Assembly (NCBI GenBank): GCA_965552055.1
Contig: CBEVQO010000002.1
Span: 224,001-288,000, forward strand
Reading direction: 5' to 3'
Source of the DNA: an uncultured bacterium
GTDB lineage: Bacteria > Hydrothermota > UBA3073 > NMUJ01 > CBEVQO01
DNA: 64,000 nucleotides
Shown here: piece after piece, positions 41,115-52,345 of the stretch
How the letters are laid out: each line of letters opens with the position of its first letter
Numbering within the stretch: the stretch's first letter is position 1
Translations under genes and position numbers: made by a program
Notes under the pieces: model-generated
Told to the model about the DNA's origin: nothing
Databases searched by the model: none
What the model saw: only the letters and a program-made list of their open reading frames with translations

Positions 41115-42421
41115 AACACCCCCCTTGCTCCAAGATAAACCTTTAAACCCTCTTCCCTGAATCCTTCGTAATACTCATACTCCTGATTCAAAATATTTTT
41201 TATCTTTAAAAAAATTATAACACCAAAAGGGGTATAAAATTCTCCTGCCAGATTCAAAAGCAAATAAGATTCCATTTTTTGCCTGTAATTAAATTGTGAT
41301 TCAAAAATTCCTGCAAAATTTTCACCCCTTAGTTTATAATTGATTGCAATTCTCAACAATGGAAGATATAAAGGTCTGCCAAAGAAACACAAATTTGCCT
41401 CTCCTTCAAAATCTTTATAGAAAGATTTAAGCCATAAAAAAGATAAAGAAGTATCACTCATACCATATCCCGTATCTTTCTTAACAAAATACAAATATTT
41501 ATCATAAAAAGTAATGCCCGTCTTTATAACGGGTAAATCACTTATCTTCATCCCTGCATTTACTTTTATCTGCGAAAGACATACAGGAGAATAATCCGCT
41601 ATAAATGGATTTTCAAAGATAACATCGGATAATTTATAAAGCACATTTTGTCTCATAAATTCTATTTCTGCATTCTTATACTCGAGATAAAATCTCAATC
41701 CGGCATTTAAAGGATAATAAAATGATACACCGAATTTGCCGAAGTATTCAAGATATTCAAAAGAGGTGGTTGCGAATAATGAAAAATAATTCAAAGTATC
41801 GAGCAAAGTAAAATTAAGCCCACCATCCACAGGATAACCTTTATAATCGAAATTTCCTTTTAAATGGAAGGAAAAACCCTGCTCTGTGAGTTTACCTTCT
41901 TCGGTATAAAAAACATCACAAAAGCCCATAACATTGGAGCCAAAAACAGCACCCAAACCCGCTTTACCACACACAATATCGCACTCAGATAAGTTCAAAC
42001 TATCGGCACGCTTCACTCTATTTTTTAAAAAATCACAATAAAGCAAAAATTCGGGCTCAGATTCAACACGCATTAACCTTAACCCACCATATAACCCCGA
42101 TTTATATCTCCCGATATCCGAAAATAATCCAAAAGATACACCAGCCCATCTATAAGCACCTGTGACCAAGCTGTAATAAGAGCCAAAAAATCCTTTGTAA
42201 GTGATACGCCAGTTCTTTTTAATTTTCTCTGGCAGATAAAAACTTATTTTCCCGATTTCTGGAAGAAAAGGCTCAAACCCTGCTTTGCTGAACACAACAT
42301 TTATCTCCGATGGAGTCAAATCTGGTTTCTCAATTTCAAGCACGATTTTCCTTTCACCATAAATAACAACTTCTGGTAATTCAAGTGCTTTAACTTCTGC
42401 TATGAAAAACAAAAAAATCAT
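41111..42421 (-). CDS. Putative outer-membrane beta-barrel protein
   Basis: LPEVVIYG near N-terminus; KNILNQEY...VYLGARG barrel-like end; aromatic alternation. Confidence 0.55.
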   Translation of the reverse strand: MIFLFFIAEVKALELPEVVIYGERKIVLEIEKPDLTPSEINVVFSKAGFEPFLPEIGKISFYLPEKIKKNWRITYKGFFGSYYSLVTGAYRWAGVSFGLFSDIGRYKSGLYGGLRLMRVESEPEFLLYCDFLKNRVKRADSLNLSECDIVCGKAGLGAVFGSNVMGFCDVFYTEEGKLTEQGFSFHLKGNFDYKGYPVDGGLNFTLLDTLNYFSLFATTSFEYLEYFGKFGVSFYYPLNAGLRFYLEYKNAEIEFMRQNVLYKLSDVIFENPFIADYSPVCLSQIKVNAGMKISDLPVIKTGITFYDKYLYFVKKDTGYGMSDTSLSFLWLKSFYKDFEGEANLCFFGRPLYLPLLRIAINYKLRGENFAGIFESQFNYRQKMESYLLLNLAGEFYTPFGVIIFLKIKNILNQEYEYYEGFREEGLKVYLGARGVL

Positions 42422-45012
42422 CGTAAGTGCTTTTTGGCTTCTTTCACAAGGTCTTTTCTATCACCCCTATCCACAACCATTTTATACAACCTTTTTGCTT
42501 CTTCTTTTTTGCCGAGTTTCTCAGCACATTGAGCAGCTTTAAAAAGTGCAGGGCTTATCCATTTGCTTTCCCTTATGTATTTCACTTTTAAATAAGCCCT
42601 CATCGCTTCTTTATAATTGCCCGATTTAAAATATGCTTCACCGATTTTATACTGGGCTTCCGGCTTCAATGTAACATCTTCAATTTGACCGAACAAAGTA
42701 ATCGCCATCTTATAATTTCCCTGTTCAAGATAAATATCGCCAAGAACCAATTGTGCCTTTTCTTTCAAATCTTTTCTTTTTTTAATCACTTCATTTAAAA
42801 TCGCTTCCGCCTTTAAAATTTCACCTTTCTTCCAGTAACATTTTGCTAGATAAATTTTTGAATCACCAAAATCTATTTTTTCAAAAAGAGAAAGTGCCTT
42901 ATCATACTCCCCACGTTCAAAATAAAGAATACCCATTTCATATCGGGCTTTTTTAGCATAATTTGTTTCAGAATATTTTTCTATCAATTTTTTCAATATT
43001 TTTTCTGCATCTTCCTTTTTATCAAGTTTAAGATAAGTTTTTGAGAGCCAGTACATACAATAAGGAGTTTCACTTTGTTTATAGAATTCAACAGCGATTT
43101 TATACTCGCCCTGATTATACGCAATATCTCCTGCTTTCGCACAGATAAGGTCACACAATTTTTCACCTTTAAATCTATCAATGTAAGATTGGGCAAGCTT
43201 CTTGAAAGAACCCTTACCTGCAGAATAATAGCGTGCTTCCAGTAATCCCCCTATTGCCCTTATCGCCCTATCAGGATATTTAACACCAAATACCCTCAAT
43301 GCCTCTCTATAAGCGAGTTCCGCTTCTGAATATTTTTTCATATCAAAATAGTTATCACCAATTACGCATCGTGCTTCGTAAATGTATTTTGAATCAGGAT
43401 AGTTATCAATGAGTTCATTCATCTCTTTTATTGATTTTTCATATTTCCCGAGATGCCTGTAAGCCATACCGATTAAATATTTTGCCTCACTTGCTTTCTC
43501 ATGCAAAGGATAGTGCTTTATAAAATTACGAAAACTGCGGATACAATACCAGTATTTGCCGAGATTAAAGTAAATCTCACCTATCCTGTATAAAGGAATA
43601 GCACCTTTACATTTTGAATACCATTTTATTGCTTCATCATACTTTTTCTGCAAATAACAAATATTTCCAAATTCAAAAAATGCCTCTTCAGATGGATACT
43701 TATCAACTAAAATTTTGCCAACTTTATAGGCTTCTGCATAATCTCCCAATTTTGTCAAACAATACATTTTGCCCATCAATGCTTTTCCTTCAAATTCCTT
43801 TGATTTCGAAGCTATTTCATAATCTTTTAACGCTTCTTTATAATTTCCTTTTTTATAATTTATTTCTGCAAGCAAGAAATATTTTCTTTCATCATCTTTA
43901 CTATATTTTTTGATATATTCTTCGGCACTATCGAGTTCGCCTTTTTTGTAATAACTCAATGCGATGTAATAGAGCAAATTTTCATCTTTTTTCTCATCAT
44001 AAATTTCTTTATATCTTTTTATTGCACCGTCATAATCTCCCTTGTTAAAGCATGCATGTGCAGAATAAAGGCGCGCTTCATCCGTGCCCGATTTGTCAAA
44101 ATATTCAACTGCTTTTCCATAATCCTTTATTTCAAAGTATAATTTTCCTATTTTCTCATAAGCAATGGGTTTTAATTCTTCATTTTCTTCTACCGCCTTT
44201 TTATAAGAATCAATCGCACTTTTTAACTTTTTCATTTTGTAATAACAATCTCCAATTCTTATCCATTTTTCTGCTTCTTCAAGTTTTTGATATTTTTCTA
44301 TCGCTTTTTCATAGTTGCCTATTTTTTGATAGCAATCTGCAATCATCATCTTTATCTGAGGATATTTTTCTGCTTTTTCTTCAATTTTTGACAGTAAATC
44401 AAGTGCTTCTTTATATTTGCCCATAGCGTAATAAGATGATGCAAGCATAACTTCTGCTTCTAACTTATATTTATCTTCTTTAACTTCTTTCAAATATTTA
44501 ACAGCACTATCATATTGAGAAAGCTTAAAATAACAATATCCTGTGGAATATACAGCATAATCTTTGTATTTGCCTTTTTGCAATTTCTTGTAATATTTTA
44601 TTGCCGATTTGAAATCTTTATTTTTAAAATAAGCCTCTGCAAGCCAGTAATTCACATCTTCTGGATAATATTTCTCTACTTCTTTAAAAATTTTTAGGGA
44701 TTTTTCAAAATCACCGAGATAAAAATAACATTTGGCAAGATTTAATTTTGCTTCTTTTACAAATTTACTTCTTGGATAAACTTTTAAAAAGTTTTCGATT
44801 TCTTTAACTGCTTTATCGTATTTTTTTAATTTATAAAGACAGAGTGCGGAATAATATTTTGCATCTTCACATAAATTTGATTGAGGATAATTTTTTAAGA
44901 ACCGTAAAAATTCTTCTCTGGCAAGTTCATAAAGTCCATCATTGTATAAACCTACTGCAAAATTAAAATCTTCCTGAGGAGTGGAAAGCAATATAAAAAG
45001 CAAAAAAATCAT
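42418..45012 (-). CDS. Large TPR protein (BamD/CpoB-like repeats)
   Basis: Many TPR units, FLKNYPQS, AQYKIGEAYF. Confidence 0.9.
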   Translation of the reverse strand: MIFLLFILLSTPQEDFNFAVGLYNDGLYELAREEFLRFLKNYPQSNLCEDAKYYSALCLYKLKKYDKAVKEIENFLKVYPRSKFVKEAKLNLAKCYFYLGDFEKSLKIFKEVEKYYPEDVNYWLAEAYFKNKDFKSAIKYYKKLQKGKYKDYAVYSTGYCYFKLSQYDSAVKYLKEVKEDKYKLEAEVMLASSYYAMGKYKEALDLLSKIEEKAEKYPQIKMMIADCYQKIGNYEKAIEKYQKLEEAEKWIRIGDCYYKMKKLKSAIDSYKKAVEENEELKPIAYEKIGKLYFEIKDYGKAVEYFDKSGTDEARLYSAHACFNKGDYDGAIKRYKEIYDEKKDENLLYYIALSYYKKGELDSAEEYIKKYSKDDERKYFLLAEINYKKGNYKEALKDYEIASKSKEFEGKALMGKMYCLTKLGDYAEAYKVGKILVDKYPSEEAFFEFGNICYLQKKYDEAIKWYSKCKGAIPLYRIGEIYFNLGKYWYCIRSFRNFIKHYPLHEKASEAKYLIGMAYRHLGKYEKSIKEMNELIDNYPDSKYIYEARCVIGDNYFDMKKYSEAELAYREALRVFGVKYPDRAIRAIGGLLEARYYSAGKGSFKKLAQSYIDRFKGEKLCDLICAKAGDIAYNQGEYKIAVEFYKQSETPYCMYWLSKTYLKLDKKEDAEKILKKLIEKYSETNYAKKARYEMGILYFERGEYDKALSLFEKIDFGDSKIYLAKCYWKKGEILKAEAILNEVIKKRKDLKEKAQLVLGDIYLEQGNYKMAITLFGQIEDVTLKPEAQYKIGEAYFKSGNYKEAMRAYLKVKYIRESKWISPALFKAAQCAEKLGKKEEAKRLYKMVVDRGDRKDLVKEAKKHLR

Positions 45013-45434
45013 TTTTCAAAAAGTTTAGAAAAAGTGTCAATTATCACCCTTGCATACTTAAAACCCGCTTTTACCATATCAACATTCACCCCTCCTCTGT
45101 AATAGCCAAAAATATGAAGGTTTTCGTAAACGATTCTGAAAGCTGCGAGCAATTTACCATTGTGAGGCGCTTTCTTCAACCAATCTCTGTATCCCTGATA
45201 AGAAGTGGGCAATTCCGATGGCTTTTTACCTTTGCTTAAAATAAAAGCATCAATAGCGAATAATGCGGATAAATATCCAATAGCACATGCTTCTCTTACT
45301 TTTTTGCCATCTTTGTAAATTCCATATTCAACCGGAACTTCCTTCAAAATATTTTTTGCATTTTTATAATACCTTTTGGCTTCTGCTATCGCTTCTTCCA
45401 CACTTACAGGTCTATCTTTATCTCTTTCATCCAT
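45009..45434 (-). CDS. DUF5618-like protein
   Basis: EAKRYYKNAK, YKDGKKVREAC, YENLHIFGYY. Confidence 0.65.
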   Translation of the reverse strand: MDERDKDRPVSVEEAIAEAKRYYKNAKNILKEVPVEYGIYKDGKKVREACAIGYLSALFAIDAFILSKGKKPSELPTSYQGYRDWLKKAPHNGKLLAAFRIVYENLHIFGYYRGGVNVDMVKAGFKYARVIIDTFSKLFEK

Positions 45435-45439
45435 CTCTT

Positions 45440-45466
45440 ATTTTAACAAAAAGTTTATATTGTCAA
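45440..45466 (-). promoter_or_regulatory. Promoter TTGACA-N15-TAAAAT, probably leaderless
   Basis: -35 contains the upstream TGA stop; ATG 5 nt after the -10. Confidence 0.75.
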
Positions 45467-46014
45467 GAAATTTTACTTATCAGTTTAACAAAATAGTAAA
45501 TTTTACATGAATGTTCGAGCATACATGTGTAAAAGAAAGCTTCTTTTAAATTTTCGCCAACTGTGAAAACACCATGTCCTCTTATTATAACAGCATTCAC
45601 AGTTGAAAGTGCATCTGCTACTTTTAAAGCAAGTTCATGACTGCCAGATTCTCCTTCAACTATTGGGACTTCTTTTAAAAATCTTTTTGTCTCATAATCA
45701 AGGGGGACATATTTTTCCTTGCATAATATCGACATTATTACAGAAAAAATTGGGTGCGAATGAACGATTGCTCTGGCTTTTGTCTTTTTATAAATCTCCC
45801 TGTGAAGAGGTAATTCCACCGATGCAAATTTATCTTTATCTGTTTTCTCAAATATTGGCAATTTTATTAAATCTTCCTTTTTTAATTCCGAAAGAACAGT
45901 CCCTGTTTTTGTTATTATCAAAAAATTATCCACCCTTACGCTAATATTACCGAAAACAGAATAAGTTAAACCTTCTTCTTTCAATTTTTTACCTATTTCA
46001 ATGATTTCTTTCAT
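45463..46014 (-). CDS. Class II aldolase/adducin family (FucA-like)
   Basis: GNISVR, SVELPLH, VHSHP, RGHG. Confidence 0.9.
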   Translation of the reverse strand: MKEIIEIGKKLKEEGLTYSVFGNISVRVDNFLIITKTGTVLSELKKEDLIKLPIFEKTDKDKFASVELPLHREIYKKTKARAIVHSHPIFSVIMSILCKEKYVPLDYETKRFLKEVPIVEGESGSHELALKVADALSTVNAVIIRGHGVFTVGENLKEAFFYTCMLEHSCKIYYFVKLISKIS

Positions 46015-46020
46015 TTCTTA

Positions 46021-46047
46021 AATTTATTTCAAATATGCATTTGACAA
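46021..46047 (-). promoter_or_regulatory. Promoter TTGTCA-N15-TAAATT, probably leaderless
   Basis: ATG 46014 lies 6 nt after the -10; no SD. Confidence 0.55.
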
Positions 46048-46058
46048 GAAAAAAATTC

Positions 46059-46085
46059 TTGACAATCGGATATAAAGTTTAAAAT
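46059..46085 (+). promoter_or_regulatory. Promoter TTGACA-N15-TAAAAT
   Basis: Upstream of SD AAGGAGG. Confidence 0.75.
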
Positions 46086-46103
46086 AATATAAAAGGAGGG
46101 GGT

Positions 46104-48785
46104 ATGAAGAAGGCGTTAATAATATTAGGTCTAATGGGGGCAGTAGATTTATGGAGCTATCGGATATTTAGATGTGAACCCATTCTGCCTACTTCGAATA
46201 TGTTGGATTTGATAAGAGAAGATAGTGTAAAACTCCATGGTTATGTTTATTTTCTAAAGCATCCGGATAGTATAAGAGCAGACACATTTCCTGATTTTCC
46301 CTCGTCTTCGGAATGGATTGGATGGGATCCGAGTGCAGGTAGGGTTTGTTTTAGAGTAAACGCCGATAGTGAAAACCTTCCAAAAAGTAAAAATGTGGGA
46401 GATACCTGTATTTTTGTAATTATGACTGAAAGATTTTCCGGTACATTAAATCATGTTGGATATTATGCTGTTATAAATGACACCTTTACTGGAGCAACTG
46501 AAGATTTTACTAATCCCTGTTCTCTTAGAGTTATGCCTTATCCTGTTGTAGTAGAAACCAAACCTAACTGTGTAAAGCTTGCATGGAAAAAAGCAAAAGT
46601 AGATTCTGGTACACCTCCGATGAAACTCGTAGAAGGTTATCAGGTGTGGAGAAGTGAAGATGGAATTAATTTCTCGATCCTGTGCACTCTGGTTACAGAT
46701 ACATTTTATGTAGATTCCATTACTTACGGCACGAAAAAATATTTTTATGCATTAAAAATCGTGTTTGCTGGGAAAAATGCCACATGGTATCTATCCCGTG
46801 CTACTTCAGTAAAGCCCAAATATGACGCAGGTGTAGTTGAAAAAATTGAACCTGCTAAATGGGTTGAAGAAGATGATACTATTTATCCATCGGTAATAAT
46901 AGAAAATGAAGGATTTGATACAACTGAGACCATATTCGTTTATATAAGGATCGATAGTAATAGTGTGGTGGTTTATAACGATACTGTGAAAATAGCTCAC
47001 TTACCTCCGAATTCGATTGACACAGTTACATGTGATAAAAGCTGGGTACCGGGTATTCAGGGCAAGGAATTTAACTTTGTCTGCTATGTTGTGACAGATA
47101 GTGATGGATATGTCTATAATGACACATTGAAGGATACGGTCAGAACCTATTTTCACGATTTAAATGCAATAAATATCGAATTCCGTGAAGAACAATACTG
47201 GGACTTACAGGATACACTCCTGCGTCCTTATTTCCCGACAAGGTTATGGGTCTTTGTAATGAATGAGGGAAACGCTCCGGAAGAAAATTACATTGTTGAA
47301 ATCTGGGTGGATAGTGATACTGTGAATGTTTTTTATAAAGCAGATACACAGCATTCTCCTCTGACACCTGGTGACACTGCAGAAGTATGGTTCGATGGAT
47401 GGAGTACAGGTGCGCCTCATATTACTTATACTTTCAGAGGGAAAGTTACTTCGCTACGCGATAAGGTAAACGATAACGACACTGTATCGTGGAGAGCCAA
47501 AACGATTGCTCTTGATGTTGAAATAGATAGTATCATCTTTCCTTCGCCAGATGGTAGTGATTCACTGGAACCTGATACTATCCATCGCCCAAGAATAAAA
47601 GTGAAAAATAACTCAAAAATTGTATTATATAGATTGTGGATTAAAACCATTTATAAATTCGACACAGTGATGCATACGATTGACAGCACACTTGCAGGTG
47701 ATAAAATTTACCCAGATGCTTCAATCGAAGTAGTATGCAAAAAATGGGACCCGAAGAATATAGGTGGTAAAGAATTCAATCTTACCTTTATTAATCTAAC
47801 AAGAGGAGATACTTTCAATCATAATGATACAGCTTCTGTAAACTTTTACACTTATCTCCACGACCTCTGCATTACGAGAATAATTTTCCCGGACACCGTT
47901 TATCCCGGTCTATCATATATACCTTATTGCGTAATTTATAATAGAGGCGATAAAACTGAATCTAACATAAAAGTATTCTGTACCGTAAACAAGGAGACAC
48001 TTGAGGCTGTTTATTACGATACTATAACAATATCTTCCCTTGCTAAAAATGATTCCTCTTTGTGCGAATTTGCACCCTGGCAGGCAGGTAACGACAGAAA
48101 GTATAGAGTAGCATTTAGACTAATTCACGATAAAGACCTTGTTTATACAAATAACCAAATGTCGAAGTATGTGTTCAATTTGTTACACGATATTTCTGTT
48201 GATAGCATATTTATACCTGATACCTGCATAATAGACAGTTCTTACTTACCTTTTGTTAAATTAAGTAATAAGGGCAATTTCACAGAATATCAAATAAAAG
48301 CGGTCGCTTCAATTCTCTATGGTAAAGATGAAGTTTACAGAGATAGTGTCCTTATAAATGAATTACCCATTGGCGGTATATTTACACATTTCTTTAAAGA
48401 ATTTGTCCCGAATAACAGAGGAGATTATATCCTGGTGACAAAAGTAGATTATGATGACAACTGGACACTGAACAATACATTAACCAAGTCGTTTGTAGCA
48501 ATTGAATATGGTATTGAAGAACCTCTAAGCACATACTCTGTTAAAATAATGGGAGAAAATCCTGCGATTAATAGTATGTCCCTAATTTATACCCTGCCGG
48601 AGAAATCAATGGTAAAAATTTATCTGGTAGATGTTTGCGGCAGATTAGTAAAAATGCTCGAAAATTCGGAAAAAGATAAAGGTAGATATACAATAAAATT
48701 GTTTAATTTGCCGGCAGGAATTTACTATTGCGTGTTCAAACTGGGAGATAAAAAATTCATAAAGAAAGTAATTTTCATAAAATAA
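46104..48785 (+). CDS. Secreted multi-domain protein (FN3-like plus CARDB-like repeats, T9SS-type CTD)
   Basis: Signal peptide; repeated HDxxxxxI...NxG...NDT modules; DVCGRLV...LPAGIYY. Confidence 0.8.
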   Translation: MKKALIILGLMGAVDLWSYRIFRCEPILPTSNMLDLIREDSVKLHGYVYFLKHPDSIRADTFPDFPSSSEWIGWDPSAGRVCFRVNADSENLPKSKNVGDTCIFVIMTERFSGTLNHVGYYAVINDTFTGATEDFTNPCSLRVMPYPVVVETKPNCVKLAWKKAKVDSGTPPMKLVEGYQVWRSEDGINFSILCTLVTDTFYVDSITYGTKKYFYALKIVFAGKNATWYLSRATSVKPKYDAGVVEKIEPAKWVEEDDTIYPSVIIENEGFDTTETIFVYIRIDSNSVVVYNDTVKIAHLPPNSIDTVTCDKSWVPGIQGKEFNFVCYVVTDSDGYVYNDTLKDTVRTYFHDLNAINIEFREEQYWDLQDTLLRPYFPTRLWVFVMNEGNAPEENYIVEIWVDSDTVNVFYKADTQHSPLTPGDTAEVWFDGWSTGAPHITYTFRGKVTSLRDKVNDNDTVSWRAKTIALDVEIDSIIFPSPDGSDSLEPDTIHRPRIKVKNNSKIVLYRLWIKTIYKFDTVMHTIDSTLAGDKIYPDASIEVVCKKWDPKNIGGKEFNLTFINLTRGDTFNHNDTASVNFYTYLHDLCITRIIFPDTVYPGLSYIPYCVIYNRGDKTESNIKVFCTVNKETLEAVYYDTITISSLAKNDSSLCEFAPWQAGNDRKYRVAFRLIHDKDLVYTNNQMSKYVFNLLHDISVDSIFIPDTCIIDSSYLPFVKLSNKGNFTEYQIKAVASILYGKDEVYRDSVLINELPIGGIFTHFFKEFVPNNRGDYILVTKVDYDDNWTLNNTLTKSFVAIEYGIEEPLSTYSVKIMGENPAINSMSLIYTLPEKSMVKIYLVDVCGRLVKMLENSEKDKGRYTIKLFNLPAGIYYCVFKLGDKKFIKKVIFIK

Positions 48786-48794
48786 GGAGGGGGC

Positions 48795-51698
48795 ATGAGG
48801 AAGTTTGTCTTATTAATTGGCTTTATCAGTGTTAATTTGTTTGGAGTCACAAACATCTACAAAATGAAGATCGAAAAACTGAAACTCGACAGAAGCTCTT
48901 TATTGCAGGCAAAGGGCAAAGTGTTTTCTCTAAATCTCAAGAAAGTATCTTTTTCTAAAGGTTTATACAAATCGGATACCGTTGATGAATATGGCTATAC
49001 TGCTGTAACGATTTCTCCTGGTAAATGGGTAGAATTGAAGGAAATGGGCAGCGCCGTTGAAGTGCCTGCCGAGGACTTTGATGTCGGAGAATACCCCGGT
49101 GACGATGCATTAGCAGGGCCTTTTGACATCGGGTTTGATTTTCCGTTTTACTGGTACAGATGCTCGCAATTTTACATAAATGTAAATGGTGCAATTTCTT
49201 TTTCCGATACAATACAGTATGCACCACAATGGAGTGGCATTCAGACAACATTGATCCCCTCTCCGAAGCGCCCAAATGACCTCGTAATACCGCTGGGAGG
49301 GGACCTGACACTTGTCAGTGATTATCCAACTGCTCTACCAGGTGCAAGAATCCTTTATTACACAAATAACAAAGACACCCTTATTGTTCAATGGGATAGC
49401 TTAAGAGAATGGACTACGGGAGGTCCACAGAATGCTTTTACCTTTCAATTAATTCTTTGCAAAACGGATAGTTCTATTACCTTTAATTACAAAATTGTTG
49501 AAACAAATTTAAGTATGAGAAACTGTGTCGGAATAGAAAATATTTACGGTAATATTGGAATTCAATACTTAAGAGATACCACCATAAACATCCTTTTACC
49601 CGGGAGGTCCATCAAATTTATTCCTCCTGCCGAAGGAAAACCAATTCATGATGTTACTGTTATTGCAGGAATTGATGAATACAGTCAGTTTTACTTCCTG
49701 TCACCCTACAGTGTGTTTAATATCGGTTTAACAAAAGTTCAGAATTTAGGTAACTATAGTGAAAGTTTCCCTTGTGTATGTCAAATAGTTGATGCAGCTA
49801 AAAATATCGTTTTCATTGATTCGGCTATTATTGCACAGCTGGATTCTGGTGCGACCGCTTATGGTAACTTTAACCATTACTGGATTGTCACCGAGGGCAC
49901 GGGCGATTATAATGCGAGATTTATTGCACAATTGAAGACCGACATTGTAGCCCGAAATGATACCTTAATTGTACCGATCAGAGTAGTGGAACTACCGGAT
50001 CTACTTTATTATGATGATAGTAGCCCAGAATATTTGTATGCCTTCAGATACGAAAGCACAGCGATTGCAGTAGAATATGTTCCCCCTGCCGGAGAATACA
50101 TGATTGATTTTGTGGTCGCAATAGTGGGGTCGTATGAAGCAGGGAACAAGCCCTTCAGATTTCTCATAATGGACGAAATAGATACAACAGGATTTGGACA
50201 TATCATCTGGGATACCGTTGATATCTCACCTCCTGCAGGTTATTATGCGTATTATGTTTATGACTTTTTGAGAAATCCATTGATTATTAAAAAGCCCACC
50301 ATTTACCTTGTTTACCAGCAATTGCAAAATTCGACCCCCGGTCACTTCGATGTACCTGTGCTATTCGAAGACGCTAACCCTCCTCATGCAAATCGTTATT
50401 TTGTATATTCCCCGGGATACGGCTGGTCAAGACCATCGGAATATATGGACCAATTCTTCTGGGTATGGATATCTCCCATACCAGAAAGAGATGTCTCTAT
50501 CCTTAAAATATTGTCACCTAAAGGCTTTGTCGCCGAAACAACAACTTATACTCCAACAGTAAGAATTAAAAGCTTCGGCAAGGAAAATGTTGATTGTAAA
50601 TTAAATGTCAAAATAATAAATAAAGCAAGCGGCGATACGATATACGATGAAATCGTTGATGTTCCTTCATTAAGTTTTCAGGAAATACGCGATATCAAAT
50701 TACCTGCATTTACAACGGGTTTAGCAGGAGAGGAATATCGCATAGAAGCCAGAACAATCCTTGATTTCGATGAAAGAACATTTAACGATACTATGTCAGC
50801 GGAAGCAGAAGTAACAGGCAGAGATTATATATTGTGGGATCCATCCGGCACAGGATACCATTTATACGAATTACTAAAAGAACTCGGGCATTTTGGACTG
50901 TACTGGACAGGAAATCTTTCAGAAATCTCCATTCTTGACCAGTTCCCTGTATTGTTCATCACATGTGGCAAATATGACGGAGGATATGTAATTCAAGAAT
51001 CTTCTCCTGATGCCCAAGCTATACGCGAATTCCTCGAAGCCGGTGGTAAAGGAATTTATATAGAAGGTGAAAAAGTATGGTACACCGACCCCGTTCAATA
51101 TAATGGTATGGAATTATTGCCTCTGTTCGGTTGTACTTCTGGAGGTGCAAGGGGACCTTTCTGGGAAATTCACGGAGTAACAGGTTCTCTCTGTGAAGGT
51201 TATTCATTCGATTTAACAGCTACTGCTTCAATGTCGAATAATTATTTTGTTCCTTCACAAGCAGAAAGTGCATTCTATGACAATGTGAAAAAATATGTAA
51301 GAAGTGTGTATTATGAAGCCGATAAATACAGGGCATGGGGAACTTCTGTGCCTATCACCTACCTGCCAGATACGGGGACAGCCTATGTAAATGTAAAACA
51401 GCTTTACGAATTGATCTATGAATTCCTGACCTATCAAATTCCGACAAAAGAACTAAAAGAAAATCTCATCGCCCTGCAAAAATGCAACATATATCCTAAT
51501 CCCACAAAAGGCATATTGAAAATTTATTCCAGCAGACCCGCGGATATCGAAGTATTTGACATAAACGGAAGAAAAATCAAAAGCTTATCGGCAAAACCCG
51601 AGAAGGGCGAAATAAAAATTAATTTGAAAGAATTACCAGCAGGTGTTTATTTCGTTAAAGTAAATCGCAAAATCTATAAAGTTAATCTGGTAAAATAA
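48795..51698 (+). CDS. Secreted multi-domain protein (NIDO-like, CARDB-like, T9SS-type CTD)
   Basis: Signal peptide; IGFDFPFY..NGAISF; IYPNPT...DINGR...LPAGVYFV. Confidence 0.8.
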   Translation: MRKFVLLIGFISVNLFGVTNIYKMKIEKLKLDRSSLLQAKGKVFSLNLKKVSFSKGLYKSDTVDEYGYTAVTISPGKWVELKEMGSAVEVPAEDFDVGEYPGDDALAGPFDIGFDFPFYWYRCSQFYINVNGAISFSDTIQYAPQWSGIQTTLIPSPKRPNDLVIPLGGDLTLVSDYPTALPGARILYYTNNKDTLIVQWDSLREWTTGGPQNAFTFQLILCKTDSSITFNYKIVETNLSMRNCVGIENIYGNIGIQYLRDTTINILLPGRSIKFIPPAEGKPIHDVTVIAGIDEYSQFYFLSPYSVFNIGLTKVQNLGNYSESFPCVCQIVDAAKNIVFIDSAIIAQLDSGATAYGNFNHYWIVTEGTGDYNARFIAQLKTDIVARNDTLIVPIRVVELPDLLYYDDSSPEYLYAFRYESTAIAVEYVPPAGEYMIDFVVAIVGSYEAGNKPFRFLIMDEIDTTGFGHIIWDTVDISPPAGYYAYYVYDFLRNPLIIKKPTIYLVYQQLQNSTPGHFDVPVLFEDANPPHANRYFVYSPGYGWSRPSEYMDQFFWVWISPIPERDVSILKILSPKGFVAETTTYTPTVRIKSFGKENVDCKLNVKIINKASGDTIYDEIVDVPSLSFQEIRDIKLPAFTTGLAGEEYRIEARTILDFDERTFNDTMSAEAEVTGRDYILWDPSGTGYHLYELLKELGHFGLYWTGNLSEISILDQFPVLFITCGKYDGGYVIQESSPDAQAIREFLEAGGKGIYIEGEKVWYTDPVQYNGMELLPLFGCTSGGARGPFWEIHGVTGSLCEGYSFDLTATASMSNNYFVPSQAESAFYDNVKKYVRSVYYEADKYRAWGTSVPITYLPDTGTAYVNVKQLYELIYEFLTYQIPTKELKENLIALQKCNIYPNPTKGILKIYSSRPADIEVFDINGRKIKSLSAKPEKGEIKINLKELPAGVYFVKVNRKIYKVNLVK

Positions 51699-52345
51699 GG
51701 AAGCAATTTCTTCAACCTCTTCTTAATTTTCTTTTCTCTTTTATGAAAATAAAAATAATGTGTTTGATTTATATTTGCCTGATATAATCGCAAAAGCATG
51801 TTTAACTTATAAAATAAAAACATGCCTTTTATCAAATTAAATTTTTTGTTTTTCACATCCTTACAAATGGAATACAGCAAATAACTGGCTGCGCACAAAA
51901 AGGTCATCCCCTTTAAAATACAGCCCTCGAGAATAAGCCCACTGCCCGGCAGCAAATAAGCCAGAACCGAATAAAAATTCGAACCGCTTCGCACATACAT
52001 ACATATTGCTTTAAAAGTGTCAATCAACCCTCCCCCCTGATATTTTAACAGATTAGATACTTCCTCATAATTTCCTGCCAATAAATAAAAATATATCGCC
52101 TTTTCATTTAAATAATCTATAAGCGAAGGTTCTTCTGAATAGTTTAATGCAATGGAAAGACATCGGAATCCTTCTTTATATCTACCGGTCATAAAATAGC
52201 ATGTCGATAGCCTATCATAAATTCTTACAAATTCCGAAGCATTTTTAGCAAATGTCAAAATCCTTTTGTATTCTTTTATTGCGAGAGCATATTCCCCCCT
52301 TGCGAAAAGCGAATCAGCAAAAAGTGAAAAAACAAAAATTATCAT
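51674..52345 (-). CDS. TPR-containing membrane protein
   Basis: ADSLFARGEYALAIKEYKR; LLPGSG plus TM helix. Confidence 0.65.
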   Translation of the reverse strand: MIIFVFSLFADSLFARGEYALAIKEYKRILTFAKNASEFVRIYDRLSTCYFMTGRYKEGFRCLSIALNYSEEPSLIDYLNEKAIYFYLLAGNYEEVSNLLKYQGGGLIDTFKAICMYVRSGSNFYSVLAYLLPGSGLILEGCILKGMTFLCAASYLLYSICKDVKNKKFNLIKGMFLFYKLNMLLRLYQANINQTHYFYFHKREKKIKKRLKKLLPYFTRLTL

